20,000 bases of DNA from an uncultured virus (IMG/VR IMGVR_UViG_3300010001_000023) (taxonomy: Duplodnaviria; Heunggongvirae; Uroviricota; Caudoviricetes), in the IMG/VR virus record IMGVR_UViG_3300010001_000023, positions 108,865-128,864 of that record. One strand, 5' to 3'. Positions 1 to 8,352 of this stretch are shown here, piece by piece. A program made the position numbers and the translations under genes. The stretch's first letter is position 1; the number at the start of each line of letters is the position of its first letter. The notes beneath the pieces are model-generated. The model was not told the DNA's origin and did not search any database. It was given only the letters and a program-made list of their open reading frames with translations.

Positions 1-1323
1 AATTCCACCGTATACGTCAGACTCTTCTTTAGAGTTATCTAACGCTGTAAATACAGGTGCAATATCTGTATCTTCAATTTGTTTAGTTTCAACTTCACCA
101 GTTGATAATTTTTTACCAATGATAGAGAAGATGTGCAATTCAGTATCTTCTACTGATAATTCTTTAGCTTTTAATGTAGAAATTTCATCTGGAGTCAGAT
201 TATCCTTGTGTTTGCTGAATAATGCATTAACCTCTTTTTCACGAATCTCTTTTTTCAAGCTAAACAATTCATTTTCTAAACGAGTTTTTTCAGTAAGAAT
301 ATCTTCCAATTCTTTCGCAGAGTACTCGTTATCCAAAACTGTAATACGGTCAATTACTGATTCTTGTTTTTCTGCATCTTCACGTTGTGCTTTATGTACC
401 TCAGCCAATGTATCAACATCTTCTTCAACTACAATATTAACGTGATCTTTAGTGTCAAGATTCTCTTCTTTCTTTTCTTCAGCTTCCTCAGCAACTTCTT
501 CTTTTACTTCAGCCTTTGCAGCAGCTTTTTTACGTGCTGGCTTTTTAGTTTCAGTCTCTTCAGTTTTTACTTCTGCTTCGACTTTTTCTTCAGCTTCTTT
601 GGCTTCAACAAATTCTGTTTCAACTTTTTCTTCTTTAGCCATAGTTCCTCCTTCTTCTTCATTCTTTGTAAATGAAAGATTATATAAATTTATTTTTTCA
701 TCAATATAATTTTTTGCCTTTTGCGTAAAGATCATTTCAACCGTACTATTTTCCATAGCAGGCATTTCATCCTTCCCTAAAAGGCAAGCACCATTGAATT
801 TAAAATCAGTAAACTCAAATTTACCATTCGAGAAATTACCAGAATATTCACTAGCTAGTTCCATTGATTGTCCAGTAGCACCTGATTTATTCATAATAAT
901 ATCTACCGCATCATCCCACTTGTTCCAAAGTAATCCTTCACAAGTCAGATATTCACGTTCAATACCATCATCACATAATCTCATTTCAAATTGTGCATTG
1001 TTGTCAGTCGGGATCACTCCATACGGAATCGTCTTATTGACTAACTTCAACTCACCATCTTCACTAACATTTAATTCAATCTCATGTCCTTGAAAATCTT
1101 GTTGATCCTCTGAATTGAAACCAACACTTCCCACGATAGGTGTGTTAGATAAAGTAGGAATAGCACGTTCTACAACTTCCTTAGTGAAAACAGAGCCATT
1201 ATGGTTTAAACCTAAGTGCATCAACCATATCTTAACTCTAGTAAAACGAGTGTCCTCACCAACAGAAAATTCTTGTAAAGGTTGAGTCATCATTGGCACA
1301 ACATTGTTAACATAGTTAATCAT
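1..1323 (-). CDS. Prohead protease/scaffold protein (SPbeta YonD-like); runs off the window edge, not in the ORF track
   Basis: ATG at 1323, 3 nt after the portal stop. Manual translation gives MINYVNNVVPMMTQPLQEFSVGEDTRFTRVKIWLMHLGLNHNGSVFTKEVVERAIPTLSNTPIVG...DFQGHE, followed by an acidic Glu/Lys/Ala-rich low-complexity C-terminal region. Position directly downstream of the portal gene. Confidence 0.8.
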   Translation of the reverse strand, partial: MINYVNNVVPMMTQPLQEFSVGEDTRFTRVKIWLMHLGLNHNGSVFTKEVVERAIPTLSNTPIVGSVGFNSEDQQDFQGHEIELNVSEDGELKLVNKTIPYGVIPTDNNAQFEMRLCDDGIEREYLTCEGLLWNKWDDAVDIIMNKSGATGQSMELASEYSGNFSNGKFEFTDFKFNGACLLGKDEMPAMENSTVEMIFTQKAKNYIDEKINLYNLSFTKNEEEGGTMAKEEKVETEFVEAKEAEEKVEAEVKTEETETKKPARKKAAAKAEVKEEVAEEAEEKKEENLDTKDHVNIVVEEDVDTLAEVHKAQREDAEKQESVIDRITVLDNEYSAKELEDILTEKTRLENELFSLKKEIREKEVNALFSKHKDNLTPDEISTLKAKELSVEDTELHIFSIIGKKLSTGEVETKQIEDTDIAPVFTALDNSKEESDVYGGI

Positions 1324-1326
1324 ATT

Positions 1327-2886
1327 TTATTTTTCACCGCCTTTTAATGCACTAGAATCAGAATCACGATTAGTTTGTCCACTATCACTTAATTCCTTAC
1401 TATCCTTTTGTGGTCTTCCACCTTCATCTTGAGTAGCGGAATTCATACCACCAGTGTAAGAACTAGCAAGTGGAATCATATTAATATCTAAATCAAGAAT
1501 ATTGTTTTCGAGTTCTAATGTATTAGCCAGTGTATGATAATCTTGTCTATGCATAGCAGCAATCTTACCTCTTACAGCAAATCCTAATGAACCAGCAGTG
1601 ACCAATTGATCTAAATACTCTTGTTCACTAAAACCAGTTACATCTAATAACGTAATCTTCCAATTATTTTTGGTTACAATATCTTTAGAATATTTAATCT
1701 TACGATTCAACCAGCGTTCAACCTGTCTATAAAAATCAATGACTAAATGTTCATCTTTTCTTAATGATGAAGCTAATCCACCTGTAGAGTTTTTATCATT
1801 ATTAAACAAGAATGAAGATACACCAGACGAATTATATACGTCTCTCAACGCTTCTGATACTTTATCCCCGTTATCATTCTGTTCTAATTTAATAGAGCTA
1901 ATTTCCATAGGTGAGACGATTGCCCCTATCTCTGGAGGTAAACTTTCCTCAACCATATATTGAAAATAATCCACTGATTCTGTTGAGATAGAATAATTAT
2001 CAGGTTGATAATCACCTTTATTATTGTCAAACATAGGAACTTTCTGATGTAATAACATATAGTTATTAATTTTAGCTCCTGCTTTCTTTAACTTCTTATA
2101 ATCATTAAGTTCCAACAAACTACCAATAACCATTGAAAATGGTGGTATAATATCCAGTGTATCTTCATCAAATTTGAAACATACACTTCTCGTAAAAGTA
2201 GGGGAGAACCATCTATCTACTTCTTTCATGGTATATAGCTTATAAGCTAATATAAACTCTGGAGGATAAGTGTCTATTAATCCTTTTCGAGTGTCAAAAT
2301 AAGCTAGATTAAATTGAAATACATACATACCATCTGACATTCCGATAATCCTACAGTAATCTGAATCTAATCTCAAAATGAAGTAGTTATTGCTATCTTC
2401 AACTTCGTAGCCAAAGAATACATCTTCAATTACACATGTTTTAAATGCTTTTTTTAATTCATGTGGAAGATTCATTTTATTTAATTGTTGTGAGATAGCT
2501 CCCAACTCTTTTTTTACCGTGGATTTAACCATTTTTTGACTCTTATCATGAATAGGGTCAATACTATAATAGAATCGAGACATATTGACGAAATAATTGA
2601 TTAGAGACTTATATTCACCTGATGAGCGATACAGTCTACGTGATAAAGCTCTTAGTTCATTAGAAGAATTACTAGGATTTTTAATCCATTTATTCAACTG
2701 CTCTAAACTAATATCATCTAATGCTTGTATATTATTCTTATATAAAGCGGAAAGAGAGGAAGTCACATTCAAAGGAATCGTGATATTCTTTTCTTTAAAG
2801 TATTTGGTGAAACTATCACTGTTTTCTTTTGCTCTTTGAATACGTGTTAGTTCTAAATTTGAATCCTCTTTATTTTCTGTCATCAT
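1327..2886 (-). CDS. Phage portal protein (SPbeta YonE-like)
   Basis: 519 aa, between terL and the head protease. C-terminal GGRP motif is typical of portals. RBS AAAGGAGG upstream. Confidence 0.85.
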   Translation of the reverse strand: MMTENKEDSNLELTRIQRAKENSDSFTKYFKEKNITIPLNVTSSLSALYKNNIQALDDISLEQLNKWIKNPSNSSNELRALSRRLYRSSGEYKSLINYFVNMSRFYYSIDPIHDKSQKMVKSTVKKELGAISQQLNKMNLPHELKKAFKTCVIEDVFFGYEVEDSNNYFILRLDSDYCRIIGMSDGMYVFQFNLAYFDTRKGLIDTYPPEFILAYKLYTMKEVDRWFSPTFTRSVCFKFDEDTLDIIPPFSMVIGSLLELNDYKKLKKAGAKINNYMLLHQKVPMFDNNKGDYQPDNYSISTESVDYFQYMVEESLPPEIGAIVSPMEISSIKLEQNDNGDKVSEALRDVYNSSGVSSFLFNNDKNSTGGLASSLRKDEHLVIDFYRQVERWLNRKIKYSKDIVTKNNWKITLLDVTGFSEQEYLDQLVTAGSLGFAVRGKIAAMHRQDYHTLANTLELENNILDLDINMIPLASSYTGGMNSATQDEGGRPQKDSKELSDSGQTNRDSDSSALKGGEK

Positions 2887-2898
2887 TGTCCTCCTTTC

Positions 2899-4434
2899 CT
2901 AGATTACTGATTTTGGTTTTCTGAATTTACCGAACATTTTTGGATTAGCAACTACTCCACCTTTATATAGGTCTCGCTCTAATTCAGTCGCTAAATGATT
3001 ACCCATAGATACCGAAGAATATCTATCCTTACGGGCAGTTCCAGTAGTAACCAATTTAAACGAACCTCCATCCATTATAACTTGTTCTAAGTTCATAGCT
3101 TCTCCTATGAAGTACTCAGTCTGACGATAAGGATATTTTATTAATGCTCTTATTCCTTCTTTAAGGTCTAAATATTTTAATTTTTTATTTAATATCATTT
3201 GTTCTTCCGCCACATTCTCTTGAATTAATAATCTGAAACGACCACGCATAAAAGCATCCGCAAGATTCTCAGCCATCTTCATATTTAATTCATTTGTAGC
3301 TCTAATAACATATATCACTTTTTTAGCTTCAGGATGTTTACATTCAGCAGCTAAATCAGGGTCGTTCATTACGTTTAAAGGGTCATACTCTGTACCACGC
3401 TCTGTATCAGGTAAGTACCGTCTTAAATTATCCAACACACCCATACCAACGTTTTTACTATCAAGCACAATATAGTCACATTCAAAATCATGGTACAACT
3501 GTTGAACTCTTATTGCCTGAGTCTCAAAGTCAACACCTTCCATATCTTGCATGTAACATAGTTGACGTTCATAATATTTACCTTTGTTAATTAATCTAAG
3601 CAAACTAAATACAGAAGCATCATTTGCATTACCACCCATACGTGCCACATCGACAGCAAGTATTCTGATTTCTTTAGGTTCTTTAGGTGGATTGGTTATA
3701 TTGGTATGTTCAGTTACTTCTTTAGGATAAAAAGCTTGATCTATTTTTCTATTCATATCAATCTTATTAAAGTTAAAGAAAGCTGCTTCTGATTCTCCCC
3801 ACCAACGAGCTTCCATCTCCATAGCAAACTTCATTTCATTAAAGCCTTCTTGTTGTGCTTCGGCTTTCATTTGTTTATGTGAGTAAAGTTTTTCTTTGAC
3901 ACCAGTATAGTAAGGGATGTGACAAACAAATGTCTGTAAAGCATCTTTTGATTTCTTCTTCGTCATCTGCTTCACATAGCCTTTCATTGTGTTGTAAGAC
4001 CAATGAGACTTCATCCATGCTGATGATAAATACATTTGCATATTTTCCTCACGGGGGTAATCTCTATATTCCTCTTTTTTATAGAAGTTGGGTTCACGTT
4101 GAGAGGTTAACATTTTCTTAAATACTGTATCAATAGTGTCTGCATCTACTTTAACAAACTCATCAACAAGTAATAGGTTAGCACGATGACCACGAGCATT
4201 ATCAGTAGAAGCTACGACACGAATCCAACTTCCATTACGAAACTCTATCATAGGTTTTTGATTACCTGTGTTAATATAAGTGATTTCACGTTGTAGTAGG
4301 GGGGACATAATTTCATTCTCTATTTTTTCTAAAACGTTGATACCTTGAGACTTCACGGGTGCGGTAATAATAATCTTAGTACTAGGAAACAGCACACATC
4401 TAGTAACACAATATACAGCAGAAAGAAAGGATTT
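2899..4434 (-). CDS. terL: Terminase large subunit, exon 2
   Basis: Begins KSFLSAVY (the K-S of Walker A). Contains Walker B LLLVDE, coupling motif YLSSA, nuclease motif ILAVDVA and C-terminal KDRYSS. Confidence 0.93.
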   Translation of the reverse strand, partial: KSFLSAVYCVTRCVLFPSTKIIITAPVKSQGINVLEKIENEIMSPLLQREITYINTGNQKPMIEFRNGSWIRVVASTDNARGHRANLLLVDEFVKVDADTIDTVFKKMLTSQREPNFYKKEEYRDYPREENMQMYLSSAWMKSHWSYNTMKGYVKQMTKKKSKDALQTFVCHIPYYTGVKEKLYSHKQMKAEAQQEGFNEMKFAMEMEARWWGESEAAFFNFNKIDMNRKIDQAFYPKEVTEHTNITNPPKEPKEIRILAVDVARMGGNANDASVFSLLRLINKGKYYERQLCYMQDMEGVDFETQAIRVQQLYHDFECDYIVLDSKNVGMGVLDNLRRYLPDTERGTEYDPLNVMNDPDLAAECKHPEAKKVIYVIRATNELNMKMAENLADAFMRGRFRLLIQENVAEEQMILNKKLKYLDLKEGIRALIKYPYRQTEYFIGEAMNLEQVIMDGGSFKLVTTGTARKDRYSSVSMGNHLATELERDLYKGGVVANPKMFGKFRKPKSVI

Positions 4435-5611
4435 CACTGTTGTTATCCTATAGGCTTTTTATCCTATAGTTCTATATATTTCTATATAGGTCAGCATACA
4501 TTTTTATCTAAATTACATACTCAGTAGATAGGGAACACTCGTGGGGATGTTATAGATCTCGTAAAATGAGTTTCAATCCCTATGCGTTACGATACTTAAA
4601 GCTCTTTAATTCTCTAAGTTATCTCGGTATTACCTTCAACTAAATGGTCAGGCTTTCACCGATATTGCTCCCTACATTACACTACATTGACTGAGTTTAC
4701 TGTAGTGTACGAGCTTTGTTTTAATATTAACTTTTGTTTTTTAATTTTTATAAATTTATTCGCTAAAATAAGTTTTCTGTCTAAATATGGGTATGAAATA
4801 TCTGTGTATATCAATTCTAAAAATTTTAAAATTGAGCTATGATCTACAAATAATCTTTGTTTTTTAGAATTTTCTTGATAGTTTGAGCATTTTATCCCTT
4901 TTGATTCAAGGAACTCTTGTACCTTATCTAAAAATACATTTGAGTAAGCTGTGAAATGACAAGCTCCATTCTTATCAATACAACCATCTCCATCAAAAAA
5001 ACCTCTGATTATAGCAATGTTAATTTCATCACTATAGCAGAGGTCTGGAGACACTGTTTTATAAGTTTTATTTTGTAGAAGATTTTTGTTTTCAAGGTCT
5101 ACTGCCATTTCTTTTGAGTAAAGCCTTATTTGACAAATCTCAGTTCCACGAACAATTTGCCCTGTGGATTTGATTACACTGTCTTTTGAAATAAAAGTGG
5201 TTATTGGCACATCACCATCTAAAGAATGTTTAAATTTCTCTAGGTGTGCAATATCTTTTGCTGCTAGTTCTATAGATACTTCTGAAGTAGTAGGTGTGTT
5301 GATTATATACCCGTCAGCGTAAAGAAAACCAAACCAGTAGGCTACTTCTTTAGAGTTAATCTCTTTGAAGTATCTTCTATTAAAAGTATGGTGGTAATTC
5401 TCTCGGTACCATCCTTTGTTGTTTGCTCTGCCTTGAATTTGTCTTTTCGTAAATTTTTCAAATCCATATTTTTCGTTAATTATTTTAGCTATTTCAGAGT
5501 GAGACATAGTGCCAACACTGTTTTTAATGAATAAATCTTCTTCTTTACTAAAAATACTAGGTCTTGGCATATTCTCACTCCTTTATTTAATTTTTAAGTT
5601 AATATTTCAAA
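4435..5611 (-). mobile_element. Group I intron (1177 nt) in terL, with a homing endonuclease ORF in the P1 loop
   Basis: The 5' exon ends in U (GGT at 5614-5612) and the intron ends in G (4435). Removal restores GSRGLG|KS in frame. Core on the minus strand: P3 GGGAGCA/UGUUCCC, P4-P5 AUCGGUGAAAGCC...GGUAAUACCGAG, J6/7-P7 GUAACGCAUA paired with UAUGC, and P9 hairpins. IGS CAAAGCUC pairs with GGGU|UUUG. Confidence 0.93.
4677..5570 (-). CDS. Intron-encoded LAGLIDADG homing endonuclease with an N-terminal HTH-like extension
   Basis: Two LAGLIDADG-type motifs, AYWFGFLYADG and AIIRGFFDGDG. Own RBS (AAGGAGTGA). Lies inside the group I intron. Confidence 0.92.
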   Translation of the reverse strand: MPRPSIFSKEEDLFIKNSVGTMSHSEIAKIINEKYGFEKFTKRQIQGRANNKGWYRENYHHTFNRRYFKEINSKEVAYWFGFLYADGYIINTPTTSEVSIELAAKDIAHLEKFKHSLDGDVPITTFISKDSVIKSTGQIVRGTEICQIRLYSKEMAVDLENKNLLQNKTYKTVSPDLCYSDEINIAIIRGFFDGDGCIDKNGACHFTAYSNVFLDKVQEFLESKGIKCSNYQENSKKQRLFVDHSSILKFLELIYTDISYPYLDRKLILANKFIKIKKQKLILKQSSYTTVNSVNVV

Positions 5612-5881
5612 ACCCAAACCTCTCGATCCCAAAAACATAAAATATTGATTATTAATCATTGCCCAAAGCAATACACACTGGAACGGTCTCAAATTAATAC
5701 CCATGAAGTCTAATACAAATCTATGTGGATTAGCTCTGTAAAAAGCTATCCATTTCGCTATGTTTTCCATTGACTCCTGAGACTTTGTTTTTTCTTTTTT
5801 ATGATTTCTTCTTATTTTAAATAAATCAATTTGATGACTATAATTGTGCATATTAGTGTTTGAATTCTTATCAAAAGGCAT
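5612..5881 (-). CDS. terL: Terminase large subunit, exon 1 (the unspliced ORF reads on to a stop at 5594)
   Basis: FYRANPHRFVLDFMGINLRPFQ (Q motif), then MFLGSRGLG, the first part of Walker A. The start overlaps the upstream stop (TAATG). Spliced product is 601 aa. Confidence 0.92.
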
Positions 5882-6774
5882 TATTCATCACCTTCGATTC
5901 CCAATAAATCCTCTTTAGATATTCCGTATTGTTCCTGATAGTCTAAGTATTCTGATTCATTAGGATTTTCCATGTCTAAGGATTTTAACATTGGGTATAA
6001 AAAGTCTTCTCTAATCGCTTTACGAATTCCGTCTACATCAGCGAACATAGGTAAAGGCTCAGGGACAGGTTGTTCGTTTTCCCAAATTCTTACCCACATT
6101 CCAAACGACTGTTGTTCATTCGTTTTGTTAGCTTTTTCTTGTGATGGAGCGATACCAGCACTACGCATAACTTCAAGTTGTAACTTAGTTTCTTTAGTAG
6201 TATCTATACCAGCAGCACGTTTTTTCTTAATATCTAAATCTAACTGGCATATTTGAGCTATATTACTTTCCATTGTAGGTGAGTCAACATCATAAGTATT
6301 CAAGTATTTCTCATACATAGCCATTAAGAATAAATAATCATCTTCAGTGTAATTTCCAACTCCCCAGAACAACTGACAATCTCGTAGCTCTTCTGGTGTT
6401 AAGCTTTCAATAGTATCCTCATTAATAGACATTACTTTTCCATTAAATAGATCTTCTGAATCAAGGAATTCTCCTGATACTTTTTTCATTCTATTTGTTA
6501 TCGTAGTTAAATATAAACCACGATCAAAATTACATTCTTCAAAAATTTCTTGTATAAAAGGTCTATTTAAAACCATTAGTATTTTCAGAAAAGTTTTATG
6601 ACCTGCTAATTCATCGTTGACTAATTTCTTACAACAATCTTTGCAAACTGGATATAAGTTATCAGCAAACGCTGGGTCTGTTCCGTTGATTGAATAGTAA
6701 TTTTGTGTGATAACTAAATTACGATTGCAACTAGAACAAGCTTTTTTTTCTGATTTCTTTCTTGTTACAGCCAA
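5881..6774 (-). CDS. Putative terminase small subunit (SPbeta YonG-like) with an N-terminal Cys cluster
   Basis: 297 aa, translationally coupled to terL. CSSC...CKDC Zn-binding motifs. C-terminal FGMWVRIWENEQPVPEP resembles pre-terL genes of SPbeta-like phages. Function is inferred from position. Confidence 0.6.
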   Translation of the reverse strand: MAVTRKKSEKKACSSCNRNLVITQNYYSINGTDPAFADNLYPVCKDCCKKLVNDELAGHKTFLKILMVLNRPFIQEIFEECNFDRGLYLTTITNRMKKVSGEFLDSEDLFNGKVMSINEDTIESLTPEELRDCQLFWGVGNYTEDDYLFLMAMYEKYLNTYDVDSPTMESNIAQICQLDLDIKKKRAAGIDTTKETKLQLEVMRSAGIAPSQEKANKTNEQQSFGMWVRIWENEQPVPEPLPMFADVDGIRKAIREDFLYPMLKSLDMENPNESEYLDYQEQYGISKEDLLGIEGDE

Positions 6775-6834
6775 TAATTCTCACTTCTTTTCTATTCAAT
6801 TTTTGTTCGGTAGACAAATGTTTATCTAACCAAC

Positions 6835-6864
6835 AAAAATCCATCCTCTGAATAGGATGGATTT
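6835..6864 (-). terminator. Intrinsic terminator-like hairpin upstream of the putative terS
   Basis: Minus strand AAATCCATCCT-ATTCAG-AGGATGGATTTTTGTT. Confidence 0.55.
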
Positions 6865-6997
6865 AAGAAAGGGAGAGTTTTCTTTGGAAAAAGAATTCAT
6901 GGGAATTGAGTGTTAAACACTCAAAACTATACTCAGTTAACTACCAAATATAGTTTTCAATGTTTAATTCTTTTGAGATAAAATTTACCTTTTATTG

Positions 6998-7026
6998 TTG
7001 ACTTTTTATAATTTATCTAGTATTAT
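6998..7026 (+). promoter_or_regulatory. SigA-type promoter with no downstream plus-strand ORF
   Basis: TTGACT-17 nt-TATTAT. 30/33 nt identical to the promoter upstream of the helicase gene. Confidence 0.6.
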
Positions 7027-7045
7027 GATATATGTAGAAGTCTGA

Positions 7046-7079
7046 AACAAAATAAAGGTGACATAAAAAAAATGCCACC
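7046..7079 (-). terminator. Intrinsic terminator of the GH20 gene
   Basis: GGTGGCAT/ATGTCACC stem followed by TTTATTTTGTT, about 11 nt past the stop codon. Confidence 0.65.
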
Positions 7080-7090
7080 AAATAAAGATG

Positions 7091-8239
7091 CTAAATTTTT
7101 AAATAGGTTTCTATTAATGGAATAATTTGATCTAATACCTCTTGTTCAGTCATTCCTATACTTCCTTCTGACCAAAAAGTTAAAGCAGTACCTCTAAACT
7201 TATCAGTCTCTACAACTTCATAGGTATTATCATAATGACAAACAGATTCAACTTTATATTTACTAACAATAAAATCTTGCTGCCATTCAATATCTCCCAT
7301 TTCAAATTTTGATTGAGGAAGGAATACTAATGAGTAAAAATTACAATTGTACAAATTGTAACCTGCATCACCAATAGCTTGAGCAGTAAGTCCATAATCA
7401 TTACCCTCAGAAGTGTAAGATTGTTTCCAATAAAGGACACCAATATTTTTCTTTAAATTCGGTAGTCCAGATTTTAAACAATCATTCCACATCGTTACTT
7501 TATATCCTTGAGACTCTACAACATCAGAATAATGATTCATAAAGTTAACAAATGAATCTTGACTGGATGAAGCTCCAGCAACTTCATCTCCACCTATGTT
7601 AAATCTTTGGTTAGGAATATCTGTTTGCCTAAACATTTTTGCGACTTCTTCTATCATAGGTCTTAACGCTTCAACTACAGTACTGTAATCCCAATAATTT
7701 AAAACACTGTCGCTAAAATCACTTTTAACTGTGGTTGCTAAAGTAGGATCTTTAAGAGTTAATAAATCTAACCAACCTTTAGAATGTGCAGGCATATCGA
7801 AATCAGGAATGATCATTACTTTATTAGCACTGCAATATCTAACTAATTCAGACACTTCATCTTTAGTTAAATATTTACCATTATTTAAAGTGGCATCATT
7901 TTGTCCTAAGAAATCTGAAGCAATAGTAAAACCATCATTATCAGAGAAATGAAGCTGTAAATACTCACCACCATATGCAGCGATAGTATCAACCACAATC
8001 TTAATTGCCGACAAGGAATAATATCTTCTTGCTACATCTAAAATGACTCCACGTTCTTCTTTAGTTTTAAAAGCAGGGGATTTAACATTATTTACTCCAT
8101 TGTTAATAGTAAATAAACCTTCTTCATAGTTCTTATAAGGTGTTAATCCTTCTAATTTAATCTGTGTTTTACCATTGGTATTTTTTGCAATTCTTTTAAT
8201 CTCTGTACCTTGCGAACTAAGTATATATTCTTCAGTCAC
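7091..8239 (-). CDS. GH20 beta-N-acetylhexosaminidase, dispersin B-like (probable PNAG/PIA hydrolase), with a short N-terminal phage Fn3/Ig-like segment
   Basis: Motifs RGVILDVARRYYS, YLQLHFSDN, IIPDFDMPAH, catalytic FNIGGDE, MWND and LTFWSE match the DspB subfamily pattern. No signal peptide is evident. Confidence 0.88.
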   Translation of the reverse strand: MTEEYILSSQGTEIKRIAKNTNGKTQIKLEGLTPYKNYEEGLFTINNGVNNVKSPAFKTKEERGVILDVARRYYSLSAIKIVVDTIAAYGGEYLQLHFSDNDGFTIASDFLGQNDATLNNGKYLTKDEVSELVRYCSANKVMIIPDFDMPAHSKGWLDLLTLKDPTLATTVKSDFSDSVLNYWDYSTVVEALRPMIEEVAKMFRQTDIPNQRFNIGGDEVAGASSSQDSFVNFMNHYSDVVESQGYKVTMWNDCLKSGLPNLKKNIGVLYWKQSYTSEGNDYGLTAQAIGDAGYNLYNCNFYSLVFLPQSKFEMGDIEWQQDFIVSKYKVESVCHYDNTYEVVETDKFRGTALTFWSEGSIGMTEQEVLDQIIPLIETYLKI

Positions 8240-8265
8240 ATTTTCACCAACTTAATTTTTGTTTA

Positions 8266-8314
8266 TACGTTTACACAAGAATTGAACTTGTTTTTCAGTG
8301 ACCACACTAAACGT
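8266..8314 (-). pseudogene. Truncated tRNA-like element (acceptor stem plus T-arm, D-arm deleted; His-like GTG remnant)
   Basis: Minus strand ACGTTTA-GTGTGGTCACTGAAAA-ACAAG TTCAATT CTTGT-G-TAAACGT-A. Confidence 0.65.
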
Positions 8315-8317
8315 TAA

Positions 8318-8352
8318 TAAAAAAGCACACTATAACCTTAAACTTTGTGTGC
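8318..8352 (-). terminator. Terminator-like hairpin at the 3' end of the large ncRNA
   Basis: GCACAC...GTGTGC followed by TTTTTT. Confidence 0.55.

Noticed and set aside
119..1093. Plus-strand ORFs 119-445, 364-675, 452-709 and 794-1093
   Set aside because: Antisense shadows (Ser/Phe-rich) of the minus-strand head protease/scaffold gene.
2899..4437. GTG-initiated 512-aa ORF as a complete terminase
   Set aside because: The GTG is the intron 3' end. There is no RBS, and Walker A is incomplete without exon 1.
4435..5611. Intein or group II intron as the terL insertion
   Set aside because: Stop codons break the terL frame, there is no RT domain, and group I core and splice-site hallmarks are present.
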